Assembly: GCA_964624125.1 (NCBI GenBank)
Contig: CAZVAA010000005.1
Coordinates: forward strand, 3,386 to 35,494
Length of the DNA stretch: 32,109 nucleotides
Source of the DNA: an uncultured Sphaerobacteraceae bacterium
GTDB taxonomy: Bacteria > Chloroflexota > Chloroflexia > Thermomicrobiales > UBA6265
Reading direction: 5' to 3'
The notes beneath the pieces are model-generated. The model saw only the letters and a list, made by a program, of their open reading frames with translations, searched no databases and was not told the origin of the DNA. Of the stretch, positions 19,959-28,670 are shown piece by piece; the stretch's first letter is position 1, and every line of letters starts with the position of its first letter. The translations under genes were made by a program, and so were the position numbers.

Positions 19959-20840
19959 TTATGAGCATCCTGGTTGGTATGAAACGGGAAGTTGAATTCC
20001 GGGAGTTCCGGTGTCGATTGTGGAGATATGCCACCTGCCGAGGTTCGCAATGAACAATTGCTGGTCGCGAAATGCGCAGTTCGTGGGGTGGCAGAGGATA
20101 TGGGCTGTGGGATCGTGCAGATACACCTCCAGTGTTCCATCGGGATCGAGTCTCAGGAGTTGTGACGGCTCGTAGCAGGCGATGTAGAGGTTGCCGGCGC
20201 TGTCGAGCGCCAGGCCATCCGGATACGCTTCGCCGGTGTCAATGACCGCGGAGCGTTCCCCCGCAGTGCCGTCTGACTCGATCGGGATGCGGCTGATGCG
20301 GTGCGCGAAGGTCTCCGCGATAAGTAGCGCTGAACCGTCTGGCGTCAGCGCCATGCCATTGGCGAATGACAAAGGCCCCGGGTACCACAGGTCTCCCTCG
20401 CCCGTGTCGAGGTCGAAGCGCCAGATACCGGGGCCGGTCTCGTGCTGGTCGTAGCTGTCGGAGACGTAGAGGCAGTTCCTTCGCAGGTCGACCACAGGCC
20501 AGTTCGGGTTTCGCATTTGCTCCGTCGCGTTGCCGCTCGCGAAGGATTCGAGTTCACCGGTCGATGGCGTGTAGCGGAAGACCGCGCGGTGCTTCATGTC
20601 GCACGCGTACAGGCGATCGTCCGCGTCGAAAGCCAGGCCGAGGATGAATCCACCGGTCGAGGCACGTTCCTCCAGCACCGAGCCGTCGGGCTCGAGGCGG
20701 TAGATCTGGCCGAGCTCACCGCCGCACCAGATGGACCCGTCGCTGGCGACGGCAATGCCTTCAGGATGGAGAAGTCGCGGGTCCGTGATCGTACCGTCAT
20801 AGAAGACCTCGCACGCGTCGATTGGCATGACGGGCGCCAT
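19959..20840 (-). CDS. SMP-30/gluconolactonase/LRE family beta-propeller (probable sugar lactonase)
   Basis: HPEG, PNW, ANGMAL, PDGLALDSAGNLY and PTNCAF motifs. ATG 20840 follows AAGGAGG. Confidence 0.88.
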   Translation of the reverse strand: MAPVMPIDACEVFYDGTITDPRLLHPEGIAVASDGSIWCGGELGQIYRLEPDGSVLEERASTGGFILGLAFDADDRLYACDMKHRAVFRYTPSTGELESFASGNATEQMRNPNWPVVDLRRNCLYVSDSYDQHETGPGIWRFDLDTGEGDLWYPGPLSFANGMALTPDGSALLIAETFAHRISRIPIESDGTAGERSAVIDTGEAYPDGLALDSAGNLYIACYEPSQLLRLDPDGTLEVYLHDPTAHILCHPTNCAFRDQQLFIANLGRWHISTIDTGTPGIQLPVSYQPGCS

Positions 20841-20921
20841 TGGCAAGCCTCCTTCCGGCATGCGCCAGATTGACGCGCATCGCCGGATCCTCCCATTCGG
20901 GATCGTTTGGATATCCGAGGG

Positions 20922-22166
20922 CTAGACGTCGAGTTCTGGCTGGGTGTCGTCGGCGGGGTCCGCCCAGCGATCGTTCGGGATTAGCGGGAACCAGTCCGGG
21001 CGTCCCGGATCCCGGTCGTAGGGGTATCCCTTCAGTTCTTGATAGCGGGCGCTGTAGGTCTCAAGTTTGTCGCGGTCGAGGGAGACGCCGAGGCCCGGAC
21101 CATCCGGGACGCGAATTCGTCCGTTGCGATATTCGAACTTTCCGCCTTCGATGATGTCGTCAGTCAGGTGATGGTAATGGGCGTCCGAGTCAAAGATGAG
21201 GTTGGGCAGGACAGCGCCAAGATGGAGCATGGTGGCCAGCTGGATGCCGAGCTCCCCGGACGAGTGCACACTGACCCCGACCTGGAAGGTATCGCATACC
21301 GTCGCGGCCTTGATGCAGGGACGGATTCCTCCCCAGAAGGTCGTGTCCAGCAGGATCACATCGATCGCAGGAGAGAGGATGTTGGCGGAGAGTTGCTCGA
21401 AGTTGACGACAACGGTGTTCGTCGCGGTCGGGATCCCGACAGACTCCCGGACACGCCTCATGCCATTCAGGCCCCATGCCGGATCTTCAAAATAGTCGTT
21501 CCTGACATGCTCGATGGCTTTGCCGAACCGGATGCTTTGCTCGACGCTCAGGGCGCCGTTCGGGTCATACCGGAAGCTGTCGTCGGGCATCGCCTCGGCA
21601 AGGTCGAGATAGAGCCGTTGCTCGTAGTCGGGATGGAAGACGCCACCCTTGAGCTTGTGAGTGGTAAATCCATAGCGTTTTTTCAGGTCGAGCGCGTGGG
21701 CGACCAATTGGTCCGAGGTGCGGACTTCGTGTTCCCTGGTTGCGCCAACGCCATACCTAAAGAAGAGGTAGCTCGCAAAGCCGACATCGTCGCGAAGTTT
21801 CCCGCCGAGCAGGTCATACACCGGCACATCGAACTTCTTGCCGATGATGTCCAGGCAGGCGAACTCAATGGCGGCGAGCAGTTGCGTCCGGTTGTTGTAA
21901 AGACTCGCGGTCGGATTCGCGATCTTGAATTTCAGCGATTCGAGATGCAGGGGATTGTGCCCGATGAGATACGGTTCGAGGTTCCGGATGGCCATCTCGG
22001 CGCTTTCGCCGCCACCGCCCATCTCGCCCAAGCCGACGATCCCCTCGTCGGTCTCCACCTCTACGATTGTTCGGACGAACCTTCCCCAATGCGCGCCATT
22101 CGAGTGGCGCAATGGAGCTTCAAGGGGTACGGAAACCGTTGTGGGACGAATCCTGGCAATCTTCAC
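20922..22166 (-). CDS. Enolase-superfamily sugar-acid dehydratase, glucarate dehydratase-like
   Basis: [32 protein letters not shown] and PDGPGLG motifs. Confidence 0.85.
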   Translation of the reverse strand: MKIARIRPTTVSVPLEAPLRHSNGAHWGRFVRTIVEVETDEGIVGLGEMGGGGESAEMAIRNLEPYLIGHNPLHLESLKFKIANPTASLYNNRTQLLAAIEFACLDIIGKKFDVPVYDLLGGKLRDDVGFASYLFFRYGVGATREHEVRTSDQLVAHALDLKKRYGFTTHKLKGGVFHPDYEQRLYLDLAEAMPDDSFRYDPNGALSVEQSIRFGKAIEHVRNDYFEDPAWGLNGMRRVRESVGIPTATNTVVVNFEQLSANILSPAIDVILLDTTFWGGIRPCIKAATVCDTFQVGVSVHSSGELGIQLATMLHLGAVLPNLIFDSDAHYHHLTDDIIEGGKFEYRNGRIRVPDGPGLGVSLDRDKLETYSARYQELKGYPYDRDPGRPDWFPLIPNDRWADPADDTQPELDV

Positions 22167-22251
22167 CGACAGTGTCCTTTGTTCGAACCCATCCCTGAGG
22201 ATGGAGCCGTCCCGGGCTGGCGCACACCGGAACCAAATTACGAAGCGCTCT

Positions 22252-22284
22252 AGTCATCTAATGACTTTCCGGCTGGTTTGTCAA
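22252..22284 (-). promoter_or_regulatory. Putative internal promoter/operator upstream of the dehydratase gene
   Basis: Minus-strand TTGACA at 22284-22279. Palindrome AGTCAT-cta-ATGACT at 22252-22266 covers the expected (weak) -10 position. Confidence 0.5.
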
Positions 22285-22341
22285 GATCATTGCGCTATCT
22301 ACCGTGTTGAAGAGGTTGAACGAAGGAATCGGGTTGGAGTT

Positions 22342-23142
22342 TTACTCGGGAAGCGTGACGCCAAGCGCCGCCATCGTGCCTCCGTCGACCTTGAACTCGG
22401 CGCCGGTGATGAAGGATGCGCGGTCGCTCACGAGAAAGCCGACCATGTTGGCGACGTCTTCAGCCTGGCCGACGCGGCCGAGCGGGTGCATCGCTCCCCA
22501 ATCCTCGATCACGCTGTCCTCTGTGCTGTCGCCTTTCCAGAGGTTTGCCGCTTCCCGCAACATCGGAGTGTCGATCGAGGCGGGGAGAACGACATTGGCG
22601 CGAATGTTTTCGGATGCATAATCGACGGCGGTCGTGCGCGTGAGGCCGATGATGCCCGCCTTGCTCGTGCTGTAGGCGGCGACATTGGTTTGCGTGGCGA
22701 GGCCCTGGATGGAGGAGATATTGATGATCGCGCCACCGCCTCGCTTTCGCATCTCGGGGATGGCGAAGCGCGAAGTGAGGTACATGGACTTGAGGTTGAC
22801 CGTCATGACCTCATCCCAGAGCGCTTCGTCGGTTTCCTCGACGGTTCCGTAGCGCTGGATGCCCTGGCTGTTCACCAGGATGTCCACTCCACCGAACTGC
22901 CCGACGGCGGCGTCGACCATGCGTTTGGCTCCCTCGGCAGTGGAGACATCCGTGGCCACCGTGACGACGGTCTGACCAGCCCTGGACAGCTCGGATGCAA
23001 GGGCGTCAAGCGGTTCCTTGCGGCGGGCGCAGACAACGACCGAGGCGCCGGCTTCCGCGAGGTGGGTGGCGATCGCCTTGCCGATCCCGAGGGAGCCGCC
23101 GGCAACGATGGCAACGCGGCCCGAGAGGTCCTGGTTCGTCAT
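22342..23142 (-). CDS. Classical SDR family NAD(P)-dependent oxidoreductase
   Basis: AGGSLGIG, VDILVN, SS, YSTSK and VDGG motifs. AGGAGGTGA RBS. Confidence 0.92.
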   Translation of the reverse strand: MTNQDLSGRVAIVAGGSLGIGKAIATHLAEAGASVVVCARRKEPLDALASELSRAGQTVVTVATDVSTAEGAKRMVDAAVGQFGGVDILVNSQGIQRYGTVEETDEALWDEVMTVNLKSMYLTSRFAIPEMRKRGGGAIINISSIQGLATQTNVAAYSTSKAGIIGLTRTTAVDYASENIRANVVLPASIDTPMLREAANLWKGDSTEDSVIEDWGAMHPLGRVGQAEDVANMVGFLVSDRASFITGAEFKVDGGTMAALGVTLPE

Positions 23143-23163
23143 TGTGGATCACCTCCTGATGAC

Positions 23164-24216
23164 CTAGTTACTGGCGAGAATTTCATAGGTGAGGTTGAAG
23201 TCGATTGTCTGACCGCCTTCGACGAGAAGCGCGGTACCGTTCTCCACGGCATCCGCGGAACCGTTGGTCGGCATGCTGGAAAACGGCTCCAGCCCAACCA
23301 CGTAGGCGCGGCCATACCAGGGATATTCCGTGTGGGCGCCGAATTCCTGCCAGTACCAGAGATATGGCATCACATCGCGGTCCCATTCAACACGGCAGCC
23401 CGCTCCGCGCTCGCTGTCATGAATCTCGTACCATGCCCGCTTCTCCGGGAACTCCGTGATGTACAGCATGTCGCTGGGCGTTTGCCGGTCGGGGATAACG
23501 CTCAAATCGAGCGTTTCTCCATCTGGCGTATGGGCGTGCGGCCAACGGAAGTCAGTCGGCTGGATGCGGCGCTCTCCGTCGGGCGCGACCGGCTCCGGAT
23601 GGGGAATCGTCACGAGTCCGTCCGGAAACCGGATGTCATTTCCGGGCCGCAGGAATGGTTGGCCAAAGGTGATGTGGTGTCCCCACATGACAGGGAGTTC
23701 GACCTGGCTTTCATTGGTGAGGTGCTCGTCGATCGTGAATGAGGGATGCCCTGCGTTCATGCGGATCGTTTTGCGGATCAGGAAAGGCATCTTCCGTGTC
23801 CGGATGGAAAAGGTGACGGCGATCGAGGACTCGGTGTCCTCCTCGATCGTGACATCCCACGGCGACGCGTATACCTCGCCATGCTGGCCGAACCGGGCGC
23901 CGGCGACTTCAGAGGGCGCACCACCGAAGGGAAAGATCTCCTGCCAGCCCCCCGGGTAGTTGTCGAGGAAGGGCGCCGTCGCGTCTCCTGCCGTTGCCGG
24001 ATGGCTGTTCGGGTTGCGCACGCCGCCCGGCGCGATCCAGGAGAAATCGAGATCGAGCGGCTTGTAGTTGATCTCGATGATGTCAGTGCCCTTGCCGGGA
24101 AGAACCCCGATCCTGAGGAGTTCGTTCTCCAGCACGATCAAATCCAGATCCTGGTATTCCAGTTCCCGAATTCGCGTGCCCCAATTGCGCTGCGTGCTGT
24201 GGAGATGGTTCGCCAT
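23164..24216 (-). CDS. Aldose 1-epimerase / galactose-mutarotase-like protein (DUF4432-like)
   Basis: LENELLRIGVLPGKG, GGWQEIFP, QHGE, WGHH and GLEP motifs. ATG 24216 follows AGAGGA. Confidence 0.8.
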   Translation of the reverse strand: MANHLHSTQRNWGTRIRELEYQDLDLIVLENELLRIGVLPGKGTDIIEINYKPLDLDFSWIAPGGVRNPNSHPATAGDATAPFLDNYPGGWQEIFPFGGAPSEVAGARFGQHGEVYASPWDVTIEEDTESSIAVTFSIRTRKMPFLIRKTIRMNAGHPSFTIDEHLTNESQVELPVMWGHHITFGQPFLRPGNDIRFPDGLVTIPHPEPVAPDGERRIQPTDFRWPHAHTPDGETLDLSVIPDRQTPSDMLYITEFPEKRAWYEIHDSERGAGCRVEWDRDVMPYLWYWQEFGAHTEYPWYGRAYVVGLEPFSSMPTNGSADAVENGTALLVEGGQTIDFNLTYEILASN

Positions 24217-24277
24217 GTCGAATCCTCTTGGATGATGTCGGTCCGGTCGAGCGGTGATGGCCATGGTGCGAAAAGAG

Positions 24278-24295
24278 ATCAGATGAATATTAGCA
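24278..24295 (-). promoter_or_regulatory. Extended -10 promoter overlapping operator motif
   Basis: Minus strand TGcTAATAT. ATCAGATGAATAT (24278-24290) is identical to 15871-15883. Confidence 0.55.
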
Positions 24296-24365
24296 TCCGT
24301 TTTGACGTGGGTCGCCAGTTTCGCTCCTGAGTTGCCGATCCGGTCAGTGTCGGACTCCTTTGGCC

Positions 24366-24394
24366 TTGACCGTGTCATGGATGGCGGGTTCAAT
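24366..24394 (+). promoter_or_regulatory. Putative promoter of the M20/MBL/Gfo operon
   Basis: TTGACC-N17-TTCAAT, the same hexamer pair as upstream of the DadA-like gene. Confidence 0.55.
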
Positions 24395-24477
24395 GGACCA
24401 ACTTTGTCGAATGCAGCAGCTTTCAAACATAGGTGACGCCGTCATGCGCTCGCGCTGCGGGCAGTGGGGTTGGGGAT

Positions 24478-25650
24478 GTGAGTGCTGAGCGGGTAACGCA
24501 GCTATTGTGCGATCTGGTCGAGATCAACAGCGTCAATCCTGCCTATCCGGGCGGGGTCGGTGAGGCCGAGATCGCATTGTTCGTGGAGCGCCACTGTCGC
24601 GAGCTTGGCCTGCAGGTCGTTCGCCAGCGGGTGCATCCGGGCCGCGACAACATCCTCGCCACTCTGGCTGTGCCGGGGGCGAAGCAGACGTTGCTATACG
24701 AAGCGCATATGGACACGGTCTCCCTCGATCCGATGGGAGAGTCCGGGCTGCGGCCGGACGTTCGCGATGGACGTGTGTATGGCAGGGGTGCGTGCGATAC
24801 GAAGGGGTCGCTGGTGTCCATGATGGTTGCGATCGAGCGGTTACTGGCCCGGCGCGACGAACTGACGGCCAATGTCGCGCTGCTCGCCGCAGTTGATGAG
24901 GAGCATGGTGCAACCGGGATCAAGGCGTTTTGCGAAACCGATTCGCCGGCAAGTGCCGCGGTAGTAGGGGAGCCGACCGATTTGCGCCTCGTCGTGGCTC
25001 ACAAGGGGTGTGTCCGCGGGACTATCCGCGTCCATGGCCGACCGGCCCACTCGGCCGAGCCGGAGCGGGGCATCAGCGCGATCGAAGGGATGACAGACGT
25101 GATCGCCCACATTCGTGACCTGCGATCGCGGTACGCGGATCGGACACATCCTCTCACCGGTGGCCCGTCGTTCACGATCGGCCTGATCGAGGGTGGTACC
25201 GGCGTGAATATCGTCCCGGCTTCCTGCACGATCACGTACGACCGACGCGTTATTCCGGGAGAGAATCCGACAGACGTGCTTGCGGAAATCGAAACAGTAC
25301 TCGACCAGGCGCGGCGCGAGCGCCCGGACCTGCGTATCGAGCTCGATGAGCCATACCTCATAAGTGAGGCGCTCGATACCGACCTGGAGGCGCCTTTCAT
25401 CTCCGCGGCGCGCTCCGCATGCCAGGCAAGCGCGCTGGATGATGAGCCGATCGGTGTGCCATACGGGACGGATGCCAGCAAGCTGCAGGCGCGGAGGGGC
25501 ATCCCGGCGATCGTTTTTGGGCCGGGATCCATTGACGATGCCCACGGGGCAGATGAATTCGTGCCGATCGGAGAGCTGGAGCGGGCGGTGGCATTTTACG
25601 AGAACCTGGCGTTGCAGTATCCGCCGCAAGGAGGAACGGAGTCGCGATGA
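24478..25650 (+). CDS. M20 family (ArgE/DapE-like) metallo-deacylase
   Basis: AHMDTV, GRGACDTKG, DEEHG, GEPT, AHS..PE.G, GTDA, FGPG and AHGADE motifs. Start approximate. Confidence 0.9.
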   Translation: MSAERVTQLLCDLVEINSVNPAYPGGVGEAEIALFVERHCRELGLQVVRQRVHPGRDNILATLAVPGAKQTLLYEAHMDTVSLDPMGESGLRPDVRDGRVYGRGACDTKGSLVSMMVAIERLLARRDELTANVALLAAVDEEHGATGIKAFCETDSPASAAVVGEPTDLRLVVAHKGCVRGTIRVHGRPAHSAEPERGISAIEGMTDVIAHIRDLRSRYADRTHPLTGGPSFTIGLIEGGTGVNIVPASCTITYDRRVIPGENPTDVLAEIETVLDQARRERPDLRIELDEPYLISEALDTDLEAPFISAARSACQASALDDEPIGVPYGTDASKLQARRGIPAIVFGPGSIDDAHGADEFVPIGELERAVAFYENLALQYPPQGGTESR

Positions 25651-26390
25651 AGATCACCGAGCGAATTCACCTCGTCGGCAGCGGCCGGATGGGCTTCGAC
25701 ATGACCGATGCCCTCGATTGCCACGTCTATCTCCTTGATGGCGGAGACGAGTACGCGCTTATCGATACAGGCGCCGGGCGAGATGTGGACCAAATCCTGG
25801 AGCGCGCCCGCGACGATGGACTGGATACCGGACGGATTCGCCACATCCTGCTGACCCATGCCCACGCAGATCATTCGGGTGGTGCGGCGGAACTTCGCGA
25901 ACGTCTGAAAGATGTCGTAGTCGCGGCTTCGGCAGAGACGGCGACCATGGTCGGGAGCGGGGACGAGACGCAGATCAGTCTGTATGATGCCCGCAGGGCC
26001 GGCGCGTATCCGGAGGATTACCGGTTTACGCCGTTCGAGGTCGACCAGCGCCTCGAGGAAGGCGACCGGTATCGGGTGGGGGGCCTGGAGCTGGAGGTGA
26101 TGGCGACCCCCGGCCACGCATCCGACCAACTCTCGTTCATATTGCGGGATGATCGTGGGGTATCGGTCTTCAGTGGCGACACGCTCTTCGAGGGAGGGCG
26201 AGTCATCTTACAGGATATTTGGAACTGCTCGGTCCAGGACTCTTGCCGGTCTATCGAGAAGTTACATGCTCTCCGATTTGACGGTTTCTATCCCGGGCAC
26301 CGGGGATTTTCGGTCCAGCGGGGGCTCAAGCATGCCGAGGCGGCGATGAAGAACATCACGCAACTCGTTCCCCCGGAGCAGCTGACATGA
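25647..26390 (+). CDS. Metallo-beta-lactamase fold hydrolase
   Basis: LIDTG, THAHADHSGG, TPGH, SGD and PGH motifs. Translationally coupled by an ATGA overlap. Confidence 0.9.
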   Translation: MKITERIHLVGSGRMGFDMTDALDCHVYLLDGGDEYALIDTGAGRDVDQILERARDDGLDTGRIRHILLTHAHADHSGGAAELRERLKDVVVAASAETATMVGSGDETQISLYDARRAGAYPEDYRFTPFEVDQRLEEGDRYRVGGLELEVMATPGHASDQLSFILRDDRGVSVFSGDTLFEGGRVILQDIWNCSVQDSCRSIEKLHALRFDGFYPGHRGFSVQRGLKHAEAAMKNITQLVPPEQLT

Positions 26391-27397
26391 GTGGAGGAAC
26401 GATGCGGACGTTGCGGGTTGGCGTGCTTGGGCTTGGCGCGTTCGGAGAGAGCCATATCAGGGCCTATCGCGGCCTGCCTCATGTAGAGATCGTGGCGGTT
26501 GCTTCCCGCCGGCCGGAGCATGCGCGCGAGATCGCCGATCGCTACGGGATCCAGAAGTGGTACGGCAGCTACCAGGAAATGATCGACGACGCGAGCATCG
26601 ATGCGGTGAGTGTCACCACAGCCGAGCATGAGCACCGGGAACCAACGGTGGCGGCGCTCGCGGCGGGCAAGCATGTCCTGGTCGAGAAGCCGCTGGCCTC
26701 AACGCTGGAAGATGCCCGCGCGATCGTTGAGGCTGCGCGTGACGCTCGTGGCATCCTGATGCCCGGGCATATCCTGCGCTTTGAGCCGAAGTACGCGATG
26801 GTTCGCGAAGCGGTTGCGGCAGGACGCCTTGGCCGGCTTGTGGCTGTCCGGGCGCAGCGAAACCGTCCACAGGGCCTGATCAAGACGCATAGCCGGGTGC
26901 ATCCGGCCCTCATCACGGCGATCCATGATATCGACATCATGCTGTGGGTGATCGGGAGCCGGGTGCGGAGGGTGCAGGCCATCGACCGGATTGCATCAAA
27001 GGATGACGGGGCACATGGGCTTTGGGGATTGATGGAGTTCGCCGACGGGACGATCGGAACGATTGAAACGTCCTGGATGCTGCGTGATGAGTCGGGCGTA
27101 TTCAACGACGACGCATTCGAGGTGAGCGGCACCGGAGGGACGGCCAAGATCCAGCTCGATTCCCCGGCCTTGCGATTCCTCGGGGAGCACGGGCTCGACA
27201 TCCCGGATGTCAGTTATGAACCGGTTGTTCACGGAGTTTTGACTGGCGCGCTGCGTGATGAGCTGTCGCATTTTGCGAGCAGCGCACTCGCTGGAACGCC
27301 GTCGCCGATCATCACGCCCGAAGAAGCGTACGACACGCTGGAGGTCGTATTGGCCCTGATCGAAGCAGCGTCCAGTGGCCAGGCAGTCGTCCTGTAA
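26387..27397 (+). CDS. Gfo/Idh/MocA family oxidoreductase
   Basis: GVLGLGAFG, GKHVLVEKPLA, GH..RF.P and HDID motifs. Confidence 0.92.
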   Translation: MSGGTMRTLRVGVLGLGAFGESHIRAYRGLPHVEIVAVASRRPEHAREIADRYGIQKWYGSYQEMIDDASIDAVSVTTAEHEHREPTVAALAAGKHVLVEKPLASTLEDARAIVEAARDARGILMPGHILRFEPKYAMVREAVAAGRLGRLVAVRAQRNRPQGLIKTHSRVHPALITAIHDIDIMLWVIGSRVRRVQAIDRIASKDDGAHGLWGLMEFADGTIGTIETSWMLRDESGVFNDDAFEVSGTGGTAKIQLDSPALRFLGEHGLDIPDVSYEPVVHGVLTGALRDELSHFASSALAGTPSPIITPEEAYDTLEVVLALIEAASSGQAVVL

Positions 27398-27418
27398 CTG
27401 ACAATCGTTTTTGGTTTG

Positions 27419-27715
27419 TCAGCCGATGATCACAGTTGGGTCGCCCGACGTGATCGCGTTCGGCGGGCCGCCTGCTTCTACGATCACGTCGCCCATCCGG
27501 ACTGCGGGCAGGCCGTTGATGAGGACTGTCATGCTGCCGGATTTCACGACACCTGTTCCGTGTGGGACGTGGCTGGTGGTCATCGGACAGGCATGGATAT
27601 CGGACATGGCTCTCCAGGCCGGTTGGCCGCTGATCAGGACATTCGGGCTTCCTGGTCCCGGTGAAAGCGGGGTGCCGTGCGAAGTTGGGTCGCCCCTTCG
27701 GGCTGCGGGCGGCAT
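27419..27715 (-). CDS. PAAR domain spike-tip protein (stand-alone, no toxin extension)
   Basis: Three PAAR-like repeats (PAARRGD, PAWRAMSD, PAVRMGD), GSPNVLI/GSMTVLING, candidate His/Cys Zn ligands, C-terminal PTVIIG. AAGGAGGA RBS. Confidence 0.92.
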   Translation of the reverse strand: MPPAARRGDPTSHGTPLSPGPGSPNVLISGQPAWRAMSDIHACPMTTSHVPHGTGVVKSGSMTVLINGLPAVRMGDVIVEAGGPPNAITSGDPTVIIG

Positions 27716-27746
27716 CCTTCTCCTCCTTGAGCATTTTGTCCCGGCG

Positions 27747-28343
27747 TCAGTTGATCTTGACGAGGGATCCCCGGATGGTCATCGTCCCGCTGGATGTCGT
27801 CTCCAGGGACGCAGACGCGTTGATTTGTATGGCCGGTGCTCTCAGTGAAATTCGCGCTTCGCCATCCAACTCGATTTCCCTCGCCTCGATTCGCACCGAT
27901 TGGCCTTGCAGGATGACGGTCTGCGATCCAGTCACGGTCACGGTATTCGACGCAGGATCGATGACAACCGAGTTTTCGCCGGTGCCGTCGACGATCTCGA
28001 TCAGATTGTCGTGGCCGGGTTTGCCGGGACGTTGCGGTCGACCGACTGGAAGCGTGTCTGGATCGATTGCGGCTTTCGGTGTTTGTCGAGGTGAAGCGTC
28101 GGGACGTGATGACAGCTTCCCGAGAATGTACGGTTGGCGCACGTTGCCTGATTCCAGTGCGACCAGGACTTCATCTCCTGGCTCAATGCCGGAAACGGTC
28201 TCGTTGTCGGCGGACGTGGTGGGCGACACCACGCGCGCCCAGGCGTGTGCTTCCCGGTTCGTGCCGGGGTAGCGAATCCGGATGCGACCACGTCCCTCAG
28301 GATCCCTGGTATCGTCGACAACCGCCCTCATGACGCCGTTCAT
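27747..28343 (-). CDS. Short VgrG-like / phage baseplate assembly protein V (gp5 OB-fold plus beta-spike)
   Basis: AVVDDTRDPEGRGRIRIRYP, WARV and EPGDEVLVALESGN..PYILG (gp5 OB-fold), then alternating beta-strand repeats ending IRGSLVKIN. ATG 28343 follows GGAGAGG. Confidence 0.88.
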   Translation of the reverse strand: MNGVMRAVVDDTRDPEGRGRIRIRYPGTNREAHAWARVVSPTTSADNETVSGIEPGDEVLVALESGNVRQPYILGKLSSRPDASPRQTPKAAIDPDTLPVGRPQRPGKPGHDNLIEIVDGTGENSVVIDPASNTVTVTGSQTVILQGQSVRIEAREIELDGEARISLRAPAIQINASASLETTSSGTMTIRGSLVKIN

Positions 28344-28537
28344 CGCAGTACCGCCTCTCCACTTGACGCCTTCCGGAGGTTCAGGGCAATTACGGTGCAT
28401 GTACAGCAATATGCAATTCGCTAGGGTGTACGGAATCTCCTACCATCATAGGGCGAAGCGTAGCGTCGTCAAGCGAAAATGTGGTTACACGGGGAAGATG
28501 GCTTTGGCTGGTGACACAATTCCCACCCCAATTTGCC

Positions 28538-28670
28538 TTGACCTTCCTTATAGTGCCGGTTTCAATTGACTTAACAGAGCCGACTGGCGCGAGCGTCCTG
28601 ACTGGATCTCGTGTGCGGGCCGATTGTCATGGTTGGGGCGCACCCTGACGGTTGATTGCGCCCGATTTTT
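28538..28670 (+). promoter_or_regulatory. Putative promoter and structured 5' leader with terminator-like hairpin upstream of DadA-like gene
   Basis: TTGACC(28538)-N17-TTCAAT(28561). Hairpin GCGCGAG..TCC-TGACT-GGA.CTCGTGT, then GGGCGCA..TGCGCCC followed by GATTTTT. Confidence 0.5.

Noticed and set aside
21039-23742. Long plus-strand ORFs (404 and 605 aa)
   Set aside because: Antisense shadows of the dehydratase, SDR and mutarotase genes; no RBS or recognisable domain.
28575-28670. Glycine or ZTP riboswitch upstream of the DadA-like gene
   Set aside because: GACTGGCG resembles part of the ZTP motif, but the GGGGAGC/CGCCUGGG elements are missing. The glycine aptamer hallmarks (GGAGA..GAAGG..CUCUCAGG) are also absent. 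Kept only as an unknown leader.
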